Shown here piece after piece: positions 24,651 through 37,277 of a DNA stretch of 64,000 bases. The stretch covers positions 321,797-385,796 of the forward strand of contig JAQGDQ010000101.1 of the NCBI GenBank assembly GCA_030141605.1, read 5' to 3'. Numbering within the stretch: the stretch's first letter is position 1; each line of letters opens with the position of its first letter. Position numbers and translations under genes: made by a program. This DNA is from Tubiluchus corallicola. Taxonomy: Eukaryota; Animalia; Priapulida. The notes under the pieces were generated by a model, which did not search any database, was not told the DNA's origin, and saw only the letters and a list, made by a program, of their open reading frames with translations.

Positions 24651-27571
24651 CTGGAAATTAAAAAATTAAAATAAATTTTACTAAATATTTAGTTATATAT
24701 TACGTAAAATTTTATGATGTATTGAGAATTTTGATGTGAAGTTAAGATCAAACAGCATTTTTCACAGCTGAGCAGACAGTGCGTGATACATAGAAGTAGT
24801 TTGTTTAATCTTCTAAGTTTCATTTTTTAATAACATAACTTAACTAAATGTCATTTGGTTTCGAAAATGTTAGCACGATTGTAATCATTAAGTACGAGTC
24901 AGAAGTTAACGCTACACATACGTAAATAAACTACTTGTGCTTTGTGGCATTTATCACGCAAATATGTACGTATGTAATTTATTGACCAACAGAATTATAA
25001 TAACATTACATATTGCAGGGTAGATATAACAAGTTAATCCATAACAAGACATGTTGTTTACTGCTACATGAGTGACGTCACTAAAATCCAACTTTGGTAC
25101 ATGTTTAACTTTTTATCAAAAAGGAACGTAAGTAGTATTACAAAGAGCGATATTACACAACAGTAATGCAAAATAGTTTGTCTTGTAGCTAACAATAGAC
25201 ATTCAGTGAAATAACATTAAACATTTACATAGTATTTAACTTGTTTAGAAGAATCATTATGTGCAAATATAGATGATAGCGATGATGTGTCGATGTCAGA
25301 ATATCTAGGTAACATTCAAACACAAAACGTTTAGAGGACACTCTCATCTTGTACCTGACGAGTTATTAGGCAACTACAGGTTCTAGATGGTCTGAGAAAA
25401 TGTCTCTATCTCCCCAAATCAACTTGTAGCAGATGGACTGATATCCGGGCTCCAGTCCAGCACATTCTTGCTGCTTCCGAAACGGGTGTCGCACGATTTA
25501 ACCTTGTTGTTAAGCTCGGATTCAATAATTAGCCAGGTAGATATTCTGCTAGCTTTCGAATTCAAACATCTTTGTTTTCTGGCTCTTATGTCAGATATTG
25601 CAGGATCCGTTGCCATCTGGGAGTTTTAACCGCCACACTATCATATCTGTAAGGAATGCTGTGTTTCTCAGGATTGCTGTATATTTTAATCCTATTCAAC
25701 TCCAATAAACACAAGTCACTTTGTGTTTGCTTACGTACGTCCATGCAGGTTTTTACATCTGATACGTATAAATTAGAAACCAGACGTGTATCATTTGATA
25801 ACCACGTTTTGCAAAGTAAACACCATGGCAGTCTTCGGAACGATATACTTTATCTAGACAGAACAATTACTATTTTTACTTCTAAAAGCAACGTACTACT
25901 CTGTAAAACTATTTGTATTTATGAAAGTACTGGCCAATAACGATCATTAGCCTACAAACGTACTCTCGGTAAGGTCAGTAAGTTATTAATTATTATTCAA
26001 AATCTTTATTCAAAATGATACAATAAGCCCTCTATTTGCAGGGCACATAAGTACAAAAATGTTAAATAAATCTTTACATTATCTACATTACATAAATTTT
26101 TACATTAAATTCTTCACAGTTACAATTTCTTACTAAACAAGCTAACACAACTGCATTACGATTTATTAAATCTAATTACATATCTAATATTTGCGTACAA
26201 CGTTTATACATGTTTTACTGTATGTACAAATAGTATATGTTGTAGCTTCTACATACATAAATAATCTTATATTAATGTCATTCGAATATATCAGTATGCC
26301 TGGATAAACAATTTACGATAAGATCATTTTGGGTTAGTTCTTTTACAATATCTATGTACATTTTAATTGCATTAGTGTCTCTCTTTCTGTAAATGGTCCG
26401 AATGTCATTATTTTCTAAGCCGCGCTCGAGATTCACTCTTATATCTTGTCTAATAAATGGTAACGGACATTGAAAAATGAAATGTTCTGGGGTTTGACTG
26501 CCCAAACGGCAAACACATAGATCTGAATCAGTTATACCTATCCTGTATTTAAATGATTTGCAACCTCTTCCAAGTAGAAGAGCTAACGCACTTGTTTCTA
26601 TAAATCTGTCATATTTACTGACTGGTACATCTAATGTAGTTGTAAACACAGGAATTATCTCTTACGGATTACCTGTCGACTAGTTTAGATGTTGTATTTT
26701 TCTAGTCCATAAAACTCCTGTGTATTTATCCACTTCATTTTTATTATATTTGACGTTTGTATTGTCCAAATTACCGACCGTCAACGTATCATTTCGGGCA
26801 ATTTCTACACCTTTTGTAATCTTTAAAAACAATTTAGCTTTTGTTATGTGATTAATTAAAAAATGATTAAAATATTGGCCCTGATTACGCAGCTGATCAA
26901 TAAGTTGAATTTTACACCTAACTACATCATCCTCTGGTTTATCAAATGCTTTCGTTAAAAATTTGCTGACAATAGACAAGAACTGTATATCGATTGGGGG
27001 TAAACCACATATTGATTCTAATTCAGTTTTAGGCGGATTGTATTTAACGTCAACGGCTGTTTTGAGTATATCATATATAAGGTCGTCGAAAGCCTGTATT
27101 TTTGAATCTAGCCAGGATGTATCGGCATACAATAACGTTGGCAAAACAGTGATTTTAGCTAAAGCAACGATCGTGGCCATCTTTAATCATTTATATTTAA
27201 AACAGAATTTTTTGATTTTATGCCATTTATTCCAGGCTTTCTGTCTCGTAGTAGTATGTGCGCGCCTCAAATTTAAGTTCATTATCAACATTTACTCCTA
27301 ATACATTAAATCTATTTACATATTTAATTGGTTCATTTCAAAACATTAGATTTGGGAGGTTTGGCTCGTACTTTAACTTCAATGAGTTTTTGCTCATTAT
27401 CGCTTCTGTTTTAGTCTCGGCGCAGTTAATATTCATACGCCACATGTTACACCACTTAAACAAATTATCACATTGCTCTTGTGCTGCTAAATAAGCCTCA
27501 TTCATTGTGTTGCCTACTGCTAGAAATGTGCTGTTGTCGGCATATTTACATTTATGAAAGTTATCTATCTC

Positions 27572-27884
27572 TCAGACAGCTCGGGGAGGGGAGTAAACCC
27601 CTACCGGGCGCATCCCCCGGGTGGCGGATGGGGGACCCCTGGCTCACGAGCCAGGGTGCTCCGAATATTCAAATAAGGAGCTGTGGACCAAATCCTTCAG
27701 GATAGACCTAGCAAGTCACTGAAGTACTTTTTGCTCAAGTAACTCATGGCGAACACAACTGGACTGGTGGATGTGGAGGAGGAGAAGACGTATGAAGACA
27801 GAGACACCTGGAGAGACGTTATCAAGTGTTCGCCGGCTGACAGATGAAAATCTACCAGGAGGATGGTGAGAAAGAAAGGGTGAG
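27572..27884 (+). mobile_element. RTE-derived bipartite short retroposon (structured 5' part plus RTE ORF 3' end) with 9-bp TSD
   Basis: ATCTATCTC at 27563-27571 and 27885-27893. Removing the insert restores the LINE RT reading QTVEID|NFHKCKYAD. The 3' part translates LMANTTGLVDVEEEKTYEDRDTWRDVI (RTE-type DRxxWR tail). Confidence 0.72.
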
Positions 27885-28359
27885 ATCTATCTCAACTGTT
27901 TGCAACATATCCGAAACATAGAACAAAAATAAAATTGGGGACAGCACAGAACCTTTGGGTAACCCTATCTGACAAGCGTATTTGCTGGAGAGGTGATTAC
28001 TAACTTTTAAACAAATTTTGAAGACTCTTAGAAATTCTACCACGACGTCCCAGATGTTGCCGGTAAGCCTTTGTCATATACAACTTCTAGATTGGACCGT
28101 CTCATCACACGCTGTCGAATGCTTTTTTAAAGTCGCAAAACACTGCAATGCAGCCTCTTTTCTCCATTAGTTTACTATGTAGTTTTGAAATTAGTCTCGC
28201 CAGATATCGTGTTGTACTTCCTCCTGGTCGAAATCCTTCTTGCTCAACATCTAAGAAGTTATTTTCACTAAAAAACTAGAAGTCTTTAAAAAACTAGAAA
28301 CAACAAGTAATCTATTTTCTAGAAGCTTTTCTGCCAGCTTGCCAAAATAGGAAGTAATA

Positions 28360-29680
28360 TGTTACCCCTCGTAACCCTTGGGTAACTTTATATATATATA
28401 TATATATAGTTCACTCGCTTTGAGGCAATTAATTGTAATTAATTAATCACCTGACTACGGGAGATTCGGTTGGGTTGATAGGGCAATGAAATCTTCCCGC
28501 ACGATTTTGAACCACGAAATATGCGTTGTAGAATAAATCTTAATCTCCCTAGTTGACAAGCAGGCTTCCGCAATAAGCCGCCTCAATGTGAATAACTCAT
28601 GTATAGATTCGTGAAGCGGACAGTGTCTTTACGAGAATGCACTTAAGTTTACTTTCAATCTCACAAAGTGATTCAACAAATACGTTACAGTAATATCTGA
28701 GTTTATTGTACAATTTCCAAACATCTAATAAGTTTCATCAATTTACAATTTTGTTTACCTATGCGCTTGTGGGCGCTCACAACTAGTATTGATATATCTC
28801 TGAAGATTTACAGGTCAAATTACCAAAGATTAACTGTTACTCTATAATTGTCACTTTACACAAAATGCAAGTTAACATTAAATTACTTCCATCCGTTTAC
28901 CAATTACTGAGATGATCGTAAAACTACTTAACTTGCGGCCTGGCCAATCTACGACTGTAATTGACCAGATCCAAATTCCTAGTAGAGACTAGAGGACTAG
29001 AGGTTTGATGATCAAACTACGCAGAACTCTTCTCCACGCTGAGCTATAGAACAATCTCTTACTTCAAGAATTTCTCTGCAACAGACTTCGACAGCTCTGT
29101 CCTCGACCCTCGATTCTCAGCAACCGGCAACCAGCAACCAACCGCCGCGAAAAACTCTCTGCAGTCTCTTTTGAATGCCAGGTCAGTTGACATGACATTG
29201 TCAGTGACACGATAAGTGCCACATCACTGACCATCCACTTGGTACTCCTACCTCCAGCCAGACAAGACATTCATTGTATTAGTTCTAATGACATATAGCC
29301 TCTGTCTTGAGGCTAATTATTAATTGAACTGACGACACTCGTGTCTACTACGACTCTGCTCATGAACAATAGCTTCTGACCATTGGCAATTTCATTCGGA
29401 AGTTCGAGGGCAGTAGTGCCAATACTGAACTAAGCAATGTGGGCTAACAGCCCTTCGTACTTTACAGAGTTCAACTGTCGTTATCTGACTTCTAATTTCT
29501 ATTTAACATATATGATCTGTCAACCTCTGATACTTTATGCATTAAATTCAAGGTACAAGCTGAGTGAGTCATCATAGCTGAACGGTATAATATTCGTTCA
29601 GAATCCAATCTATTATGATTAATCTAATTTCGAATTCTTTACTGATTAATTTCTCATTTTAAAATAAATTCATAATAAAT
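28360..29680 (-). mobile_element. Insertion in the LINE, probably an LTR (28360-29449) plus a little internal sequence
   Basis: Interrupts the LINE RT between YRPITI and TSYFGK. Termini are TGTTACCC (28360) and GGGCTAACA (29449). No clean TSD. Confidence 0.45.
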
Positions 29681-30970
29681 AGTAATCGGCCTATAATTAT
29701 TGGGGTCATAATAGCTGGTTTCTTGAAGAACACAACCTTTGCATTTTGCCATGGCCACACATTTTGTTCTATATTTATATTTACTAAGCTCATAAATGTT
29801 GCTTTGGCCTGAAAACCCATGTGACGAATCATCCGTGGATGGCATCCTTCGGTATCAATACTTTTGTGATACATTTGTGCGCTCTTTATTGCTTTATCAA
29901 CTTCATCCATTGTGAAGTTATCATTGAACCACAGGCGTTCGTTGGGTTGTGGAAGGTGTCGTTGGGTGAAATGCTTCATTAAACCATGCTTGGCCGAATG
30001 TTGCACTGTCAATATGGGAGCCAATAAAGAATGTTTTGTACAATATGTCACTATTATGACTATTGGCAATATAATATTTATTTTGGTATTTCAAAGTTAG
30101 GTATTCCAATCCACACATCCGATTTCTCTCCGAAAAGTTTACTGTGCGTTTTCCAAAACGTTTTACCTTGTGCAATGTTTAAAATGGCTGTGTTCTCAGT
30201 TACCAATTGTTGAGCTCCTCATTTAATATCTGATCGAACTGCTTCTTTGCTTCCAGATAAGCTAACTTATTTGGAACATTCGACAAACGTAGATATCTTT
30301 TCCTGAGTTCCCTTAGTTTTTTGATAATTGCGATAGATTGCAATCTATCGTAGCGTCTAACATCTTAGCGGTGATCATTTATTTGCAAATTCTTCCACAC
30401 TGCAATTCATTTGCCATATAAACAAGCCGTTCTCGATTGCGTCATTGAGGTTGTCGTTTTTGTGAAACATGATTTTTGCCTTTGGGAAAATTTTGCAATC
30501 TTTTGTCTTAAATCTATCCATTTTAACTACTTTGTAGTAGTTTGTGATGTCACAGAGCATATTTACTTTGGCTCGTGTCGAGATCTCTGATTAAGCCAGC
30601 GCGTGGGGATAAATGGTGTCTGACTCTCGTGCCTCCTCCTAAGATTTCAGGCTTTCAGAAGTAAAAAAAAATGTTGTGTTGTTTCCGAAAACCTTCTGAA
30701 GGAGCCTCGTATATCTAACGAAATATTGGGTTTCGCACTTCGTTTAAGAACAGAAATTTTTGTCAGTCACTTGACTGTACTTCATCGTGTTTGACGCGTT
30801 TACAGTTTTCACAGCCTTTTCACAGTTCCAGCGATTGACAACGATCGTGAAAAGGGCAAAGGTTAAGTGTAACAAACAACGCATTCATGTACACTGAATA
30901 ACGCCTCGAAGTACCAAGCTACTCTAATAGTAACCATGTGCTACCTGTGACCAAACGTGATAGCGTAAAA

Positions 30971-32191
30971 ATGTATAATTGCTCAAAATCTACAAAAATA
31001 ATTTTTCTAATTCTGACATTGACGACAACAATACATTATTGTGCATATCTATTATTTACAAGCAATGCATTTTCACACTATGCAAACGTTCAAAAGCAAC
31101 ACTTTTCTGAACTCACCTCGGAAAAGACTCGAACTCAAAATACTCTACAATACTTGAATCGTATACCCCAAAGACTTAACGGCAGTGGCAGTAAATATAA
31201 ATTGATATTATATTGGAATACTCTCTATGGGGGTTCGGATTTCTTGTGGGGAATTGGAAGCAAGCCATTTGAAACTCATTGTCCAGAAGAATATTCCAGA
31301 TGTATCACAACTAGCGACAAGTCCTTCTTGAGTGAAAGTGATGCCGTCTTGGTGCACATAAGGAATAGGTGGAACTCCATACCGCAGTATCGCTCTCCTA
31401 AACAACGTTGGGTGTTCTATCTGATGGAATCACCAGCGTACACACGAGTTAAATTGCTAAAATTGGACAACATTTTTCATTGGACAATGACTTATCGCTT
31501 AGATTCAGATATTGTGCAGAGATATGGGGAAATTATTCCACGTGCAACAAATACCTCCATCAAAAGCCAAAAAACAATTATGGAAAAACGGCTAGCAAAC
31601 AAAACAAAACTCGTTGCTTGGTTTGTGAGTAATTGCAAAACATCCAGCCGAAGAGAGAATTATGTCAAGGAATTACAAAAATTTATCAAAGTTGATATAT
31701 ATGGAAAATGTGGACCTCTAAAATGCATTGGGATGCAGAAATGCTATGAGATGCTAGAGACAAATTACACATTTTTTTTAGCTTTTGAAAATGCGCGGTG
31801 TACAGATTACGTCACAGAGAAAGTTTTTGGCCCGATGATGTATTATGTGGTTCCAGTTGTTTTAGGAGGCATTAATTACAGTGGTATTCTCCCTCCACAT
31901 TCCTATATTAATGTACAGGATTTTGATTCCCCAAAACAATTAGGGGAGTACTTGATGCACATGAACGAAACTGAATATGCCAGTTATTTTGAGTGGAAAT
32001 TAAGATATGAAGCTGTGATGAAGTTTCCTAATCCAATGCAAATGTCTAAAAATCATGTTCCCATTCATCCAACCCACTGGTGTGAATTATGCAAGCGATT
32101 ACATCAAGATAGCCAATTTGAGGCTAAAACTTACACTGGGGTTCAGTTAAATAACTGGTGGAAAAAGAAATGTTACCCTATAAATCCTTAG
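30971..32191 (+). CDS. Alpha-1,3(/4)-fucosyltransferase, CAZy GT10, type II membrane, single coding exon, 406 aa
   Basis: N-terminal hydrophobic anchor IIFLILTLTTTIHYCAYLLF. Motifs SDAVLVH, QRWVFYLMESP, FHWTMTYRLDSD, VAWFVSNC, VDIYGKCG, the alpha-1,3 motif FLAFENARCTDYVTEK, VPVVLG, PPHSYINVQDF, YFEWK and WCELC. ORF intact; ATG at 30971. Confidence 0.96.
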   Translation: MYNCSKSTKIIFLILTLTTTIHYCAYLLFTSNAFSHYANVQKQHFSELTSEKTRTQNTLQYLNRIPQRLNGSGSKYKLILYWNTLYGGSDFLWGIGSKPFETHCPEEYSRCITTSDKSFLSESDAVLVHIRNRWNSIPQYRSPKQRWVFYLMESPAYTRVKLLKLDNIFHWTMTYRLDSDIVQRYGEIIPRATNTSIKSQKTIMEKRLANKTKLVAWFVSNCKTSSRRENYVKELQKFIKVDIYGKCGPLKCIGMQKCYEMLETNYTFFLAFENARCTDYVTEKVFGPMMYYVVPVVLGGINYSGILPPHSYINVQDFDSPKQLGEYLMHMNETEYASYFEWKLRYEAVMKFPNPMQMSKNHVPIHPTHWCELCKRLHQDSQFEAKTYTGVQLNNWWKKKCYPINP

Positions 32192-33148
32192 GGTACAATT
32201 TGTGACTGGTGCGGTCCGCCAGTGGTACATTTTGTAAAGGCAAATAGTAAAACGGAGCTGATTTGTGCAAGGAGGAGACTCCTCGAAAAAGATGGCGTAA
32301 TTTATAGCAAAATAATTTCGTGAGAGGATCCAATTTATGTCTTGGTTGTTTGCAAACAACACATTTCGCCAATGGTATAGTTCGCCAGTGGTTCAGTTCG
32401 ATGGTGGTACAGTTGCCAAGTGACACACTTAGCCAATACATACCACTCCAGAAGTACGTTTCGCCAGTACAATTTTTCTACTATATGTTATTACCTCATT
32501 CCTTTAACAAAATGTTTAGCAGTGGTGCAGTTATTATTAAGTTTTAATTTCAAAATCCTCTGTCATTCTGTTGTGAATAATTTAATGATAACCTGAATAG
32601 GGTGACACACTCAGCTTCTTCCATGCATGTAACTAAAACTTACTTAATATTTAAAATATTTTATTTAAAATATATTTAATATAGATGGATATCTCCCTCT
32701 GGTAATTGGAACTACTACTTGAAGTTGTATTTGGAAATTGAAATTGATGATCTTAAAGGATTTGTATTCACATGCTGGTCTTGAACTGTTTTAAACTTTT
32801 AAAGCTGCTTCTATTTTCAAAAACTTTCTTTACAAGAATTCAAAGAATTACAAATTCATATTTTTTACAAAAACTTCAAAGAGTGACATGATCTGAACTT
32901 GTGTCATTAATAGAAATAAGACAAATAATGAAAATGATGATCTTAACAACATAAACTTTATTGTTTTGTTTATTGTTTTGACATATATACAGTGATTTTC
33001 CTGAAGTTAAACAATTGAATCCAGAGATAAGGTGAACTAGTCACCTGACAGCAATTTCATAATGTTAGCAAGTACAAGGAAGGCCACTTACGGAATCCAT
33101 TTCTTTCACCACCCGCTCCTGTCTCTATTCTAACTGTCTACCAAATAA

Positions 33149-33266
33149 AACACAGAGATTTCATGAGACGTTGCTTCCTATATATATATATATATGTCGT
33201 GCAGGTGGGGGAAAGGGAGAGAGACGCAATTTGTGAGGAAGCAACGTCTCATGAAATCTCTGTGTT
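33149..33266. repeat. Perfect 31-bp inverted repeat among (TA)n tracts
   Basis: AACACAGAGATTTCATGAGACGTTGCTTCCT (33149-33179) and its reverse complement (33236-33266). Confidence 0.9.
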
Positions 33267-34707
33267 ATATATATATATATATACATAGAGATGTTATATA
33301 TATATATATATATACATATCCACAGCCACACCTCTACGCAAAACATAATGTTCACATGATCACCACCAACAACCCAAACAACGCAAAATAGGGGGAGGTG
33401 GTCCCGCAAGCCTGAGCACCCTCAGGTTCATTACACAGTACATACAGACGTGTTGGTGGGTCTACGTGCGCTACTGTAGTTGTAATTTCACAATCAGCAT
33501 GAAGAGGGTATGAAATGTGGGGCAAGCAAAAATAAAAGAGTTTTCAAAAATATAAACTGTTCCAAGTTGCAAAATAAGTGGTTATATTGGTAAGACTTTT
33601 CAAAGTTAAATTTTTAGAAAAATACAATTTTAAACAAACACAGTGATCTTATATTTATACACATAATCTACCCATTAATTGATTTAGGTCCAGGCTGAAA
33701 TGCTCATAATCATAATGCACAGCTTACGGACCACATTGATTAGTGAAACACATCGTGGTTATTCATTGTTTTTACAAGGCTCTTGAGCACGCGTTTTTAG
33801 TACTGGTCTTGACCCTTGAATCAGTAACGAGCGAACTACAGTCTACAGACTGGATCGGACCAAGGTCCATAACTTTTTGCATATAGGATTGGACTGCTGA
33901 TTCACTATTGAAAATAAAGCAGAAATGCAGACCGGATGTGGATAAAAATTTATCGCGATTTGATCTTTGCGGAATGCTTATATTAACAATGTTAATCCGC
34001 AACTTTGAAGAACAATTATTGAAGTTATCACTCAAATAATGGCCAGGCCAAGATACTTTTCTTTATGACTAACTTTAACTTCTTTGCCAAACAGTAAACC
34101 CTTCCAGGGACAACATGCCGTAAGCTAGGGGGTAAAAATAGATGCAACATACATTGTATATTTTACATTGAAAACGATATCATTTTCAACAGCGTATTTT
34201 TCACATAGCGTAAGAGGTTTTCTACGAGACATAAGTCGTCTGCATACATGAGTGACTGATTGCATTTTCGCCAATGTGGCAACATGCACTTTTTTCACAC
34301 GACAGATATTTTGAGAGGTCATCAATATAGGCTGCGAAAAGCAAAGGAGATAGAATTCCACCTTGTCTCAGGCCATTTGACACAGAAAAATAATCAGAGT
34401 AAGTTTTGCCCCAGCGAACACCTACCCGCTGTGAAGTTTACCAATATTTCAGCATAGACAACATTGAAACTGGTAACCCAACAGCAGTGAGTTTCTTAAA
34501 AGGCCCAGTATGAACTCACGCGATCAAATGCCTTACTGGCGTCAAATTAGACACATTAATGTAGGACTACAGTTATTGTTATAAGTATGTAGTGTCTTTT
34601 TCAGTTGCATATATATTTATATATATAATTCAGTGCTATATACCTTTTCGAATGCAACGTGATATTTTGTAGACACTAGCAAGTCTTCGTCTAAGTAAAA
34701 TGACCCG

Positions 34708-34950
34708 TGTTATGACCCGCCTGCCGATTTTAATTAAAGCGCCAGGTTGGCTTCTCACCTGTGTTCTGTACTTGCTTTTGACCTAGTTAGAGTTGTTATT
34801 GATGTGGAAGTAATGTCGGCTGCTCAGGATGACAGCCCTGATGTTTTATTTTTGTTAATTAGTGTTTACTGGCAATAAATATGAAGTAATGTCGCAAATG
34901 CATCTCCGTTTATTCACCATGTTTTGTGTAACCAATTCCAACTCATAACA
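34708..34950 (+). repeat. 5' LTR of the Gmr1-like element
   Basis: TGTTATGAC...CTCATAACA, with terminal inverted TGTTATGA/TCATAACA and an internal AATAAA. Matches 40007-40249. Confidence 0.95.
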
Positions 34951-35971
34951 AAGTGGGGGCGGGATGAATCAACCGACGAGTTGCAATGAATTTCGTCTGG
35001 ACGCTTTTCGTTTTCATTACTGTGCAACGTCACGATGAATTTTTTTCTTCTGTTGATGCTAAAGCTTAATTCCACGGTTAATAAAGCTGACAATGGACAA
35101 ACTGTAAGTTACGGCTCATTTTTCTACACAGTAACTGTTTGACGTCGTCTGAATTATCATCATATCAAGTATGAACTGTCTCTGTCTGTTCGTCTGTCAG
35201 CGTCTGGAAATATTCGCTCATTGGAAAATTCCTAATTATTCAGAAATGCTGCTAACATGCTGAAATAGACAAACTTCATACTAATATATAGCATCTCTAA
35301 AGTACATGAGAAACGTGTAGAGGTCACGAAGTTCCGTTGCTACAAGTGAACTATGAATAATGTTTCGACAAACGTTAAACTTGAATTCAGGATTATGCTC
35401 TTGTGAATTTCTGGGTAAAAACTAGACAAATTTTATTCTGCGTTGCGGGAATTCTGCACAAAATACTGTGGGTAACAATCGTCGGTATTTGCTGGAACTG
35501 AGCCAAGTAGCTGCGTTAGACTAGGGCGACCTTGAGGCTACAAGCGTGTATGTATAGGTCGGGGGCTACTGTCAAGCCATCACAGGTATACCTACAGATT
35601 AGTACAAGCTACACCGAAACTCGTTTCACGTGAGGAAGCCAGCTAGACAAGCAGTGCATTGATCAGAGATATTTCCACACAAGTACTGCAGTAGTAAAGG
35701 AAAAAAACGAATGATATTTATTGGACTCATTGATTTTGTTAATGCAGTTTGGTGAACAATGGCAGTCTTGTTAATTATCACCTAACGCTTTCTTTTATTA
35801 AGCTAATTGCACTACTGTTGTTACGCTTACGTGGGCTCCCCCACAGATAACTTGCGCAAGGGGTGCCTAATTAGTATTGTTGAAAGTCAAATATTGTACA
35901 GTACGTTGTGTAGCTAGTTGGTAGGCTTGTGTCATAATGTTATATTGTAGTAATTGTGCTAATTACTGAAA

Positions 35972-37196
35972 TATGGCGACTTCGTTTGACCCAGAGATGG
36001 AAAGGGGGCTTATTAACCTTGCCCAGATTAGATAAACTCATAAAAGACAATTTACTTGCCCTGGCCGATTACCTGAATATTGAGTTGCCCACTAGTGCTG
36101 GAAAAGCAAAAATTATTGAAATTCTCGGGAACCCAGAAATTTTGAAAACAGCTAGACCACGTGAAGGGGAGAAATCTGTAATTAGTAAATCTCCTCGTAT
36201 TCCTGTGCATACTCCCACGGGAACAGATAGGAATGAACTTGAGTTAGCAAAAATTGCACTCGAACGTGAAAGGATGGAACTTGAAAAATTAAGGTTGAAA
36301 TATCAGGACAAAGAAAGGCAAAGGGATTGGGAGTACAACGTTAAGATGAAAGAGCTGGAATTATTAACAGCATCCACTAATTTGGGGGCTCAGCAAGCCA
36401 ATAACCAAACTTTTGATGTTATAAAAACATTCGCCCTGTACCTAAATTTAGCGAAACGGATGTTGAAATATTTTTTCTAACCTTTGAGAAAATTTCCAAC
36501 AATCTCAAATGGCCAAAAGCTCATTGGCCTGTATTGTTACAAAGCAGTTTTACTGGCAAAGCACAGGAGATTTACTCTTCTCTACCCTCCACTCAGAGTT
36601 CAAATTATGAACAATTGAAATCCGCTGTGCTAAAGCATATGAATTAGTACCAGAAGCCTATCGCCAGTGTCACCTGTGGACATAACTAAACCTGTTACAG
36701 TTTTACGAGACACAGGAGCTGCTCAGTCACTATTATTACAGGGTGTAATCCCTCTTGATGAAACTTCTTATACAAACGCTAGTGCTTTAATTCAAGGTAT
36801 TGAAGGATGATACATAGATGTACCACTTCACAGAATCAACTTGAATTCGGACTATGTTAAAGGTCCCGTGACAGTAGGAATTGTTTCTCACATTCCAGTA
36901 GATGGAGTGTCCCTATTACTTGGCAATGATGTTGCTAAGGATGAGGTAATAACCGCTATACCTGTTGTCACTCCTGAGCCAAAAATGGATGCGAAACTGA
37001 AATTCTGGAAGAAATGCATCCTGGAATTTTTCCTGCTTGTGTTGTAACAAGATCACAGGCTCAGACTAACAAAGATAGCAGCTCAGAACAAGTGGATGAC
37101 AAAGATAGTTCACCACCGTCTACCTTCCCAAGAGAGAACCAAAGTGGTTCGACGGCTTTAAGCCATACGTTTGCTGAACAGATGGATAAAAATTAA
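35972..37196 (+). pseudogene. gag: Gmr1-like gag (coiled-coil region, capsid) and protease, frameshifted and internally deleted
   Basis: ELERERMELEKLRL coiled coil; FEKISNNLKWPKAHWPVLLQSSFTGKAQEIYSSL...ELVPEAYRQ capsid; then an abrupt join to the protease VTVLRDTGAAQSLL...LLLGND. Confidence 0.8.
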
Positions 37197-37277
37197 CCAA
37201 CATTATCTCTGAAACAAGAGGAACTTATTAAGGCACAGACAAATGATCCTTCTCTTAACAAGCTCTTTTCTCTAGTC

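Larger units (their letters stand above)
26278..30560 (-). mobile_element. Degraded LINE (I/Jockey-group-like): ORF1 remnant, RT and C-terminal CCHC motif, with two nested insertions
   Basis: WQNAKVVFFKKP...NYRPITI|TSYFGKLAEKLLENR, GLPKGSVLSPILFLFYVSD...KYADN, TLLYADTSW, CVC...TPEHFIFQCP. Confidence 0.85.

Noticed and set aside
25350-25930. Possible upstream exon of the sulfotransferase pseudogene (minus strand, donor-like CAG|GTACAA near 25355)
   Set aside because: The best frame has several stops and no motif I recognise, so it cannot be assigned without a homology search.
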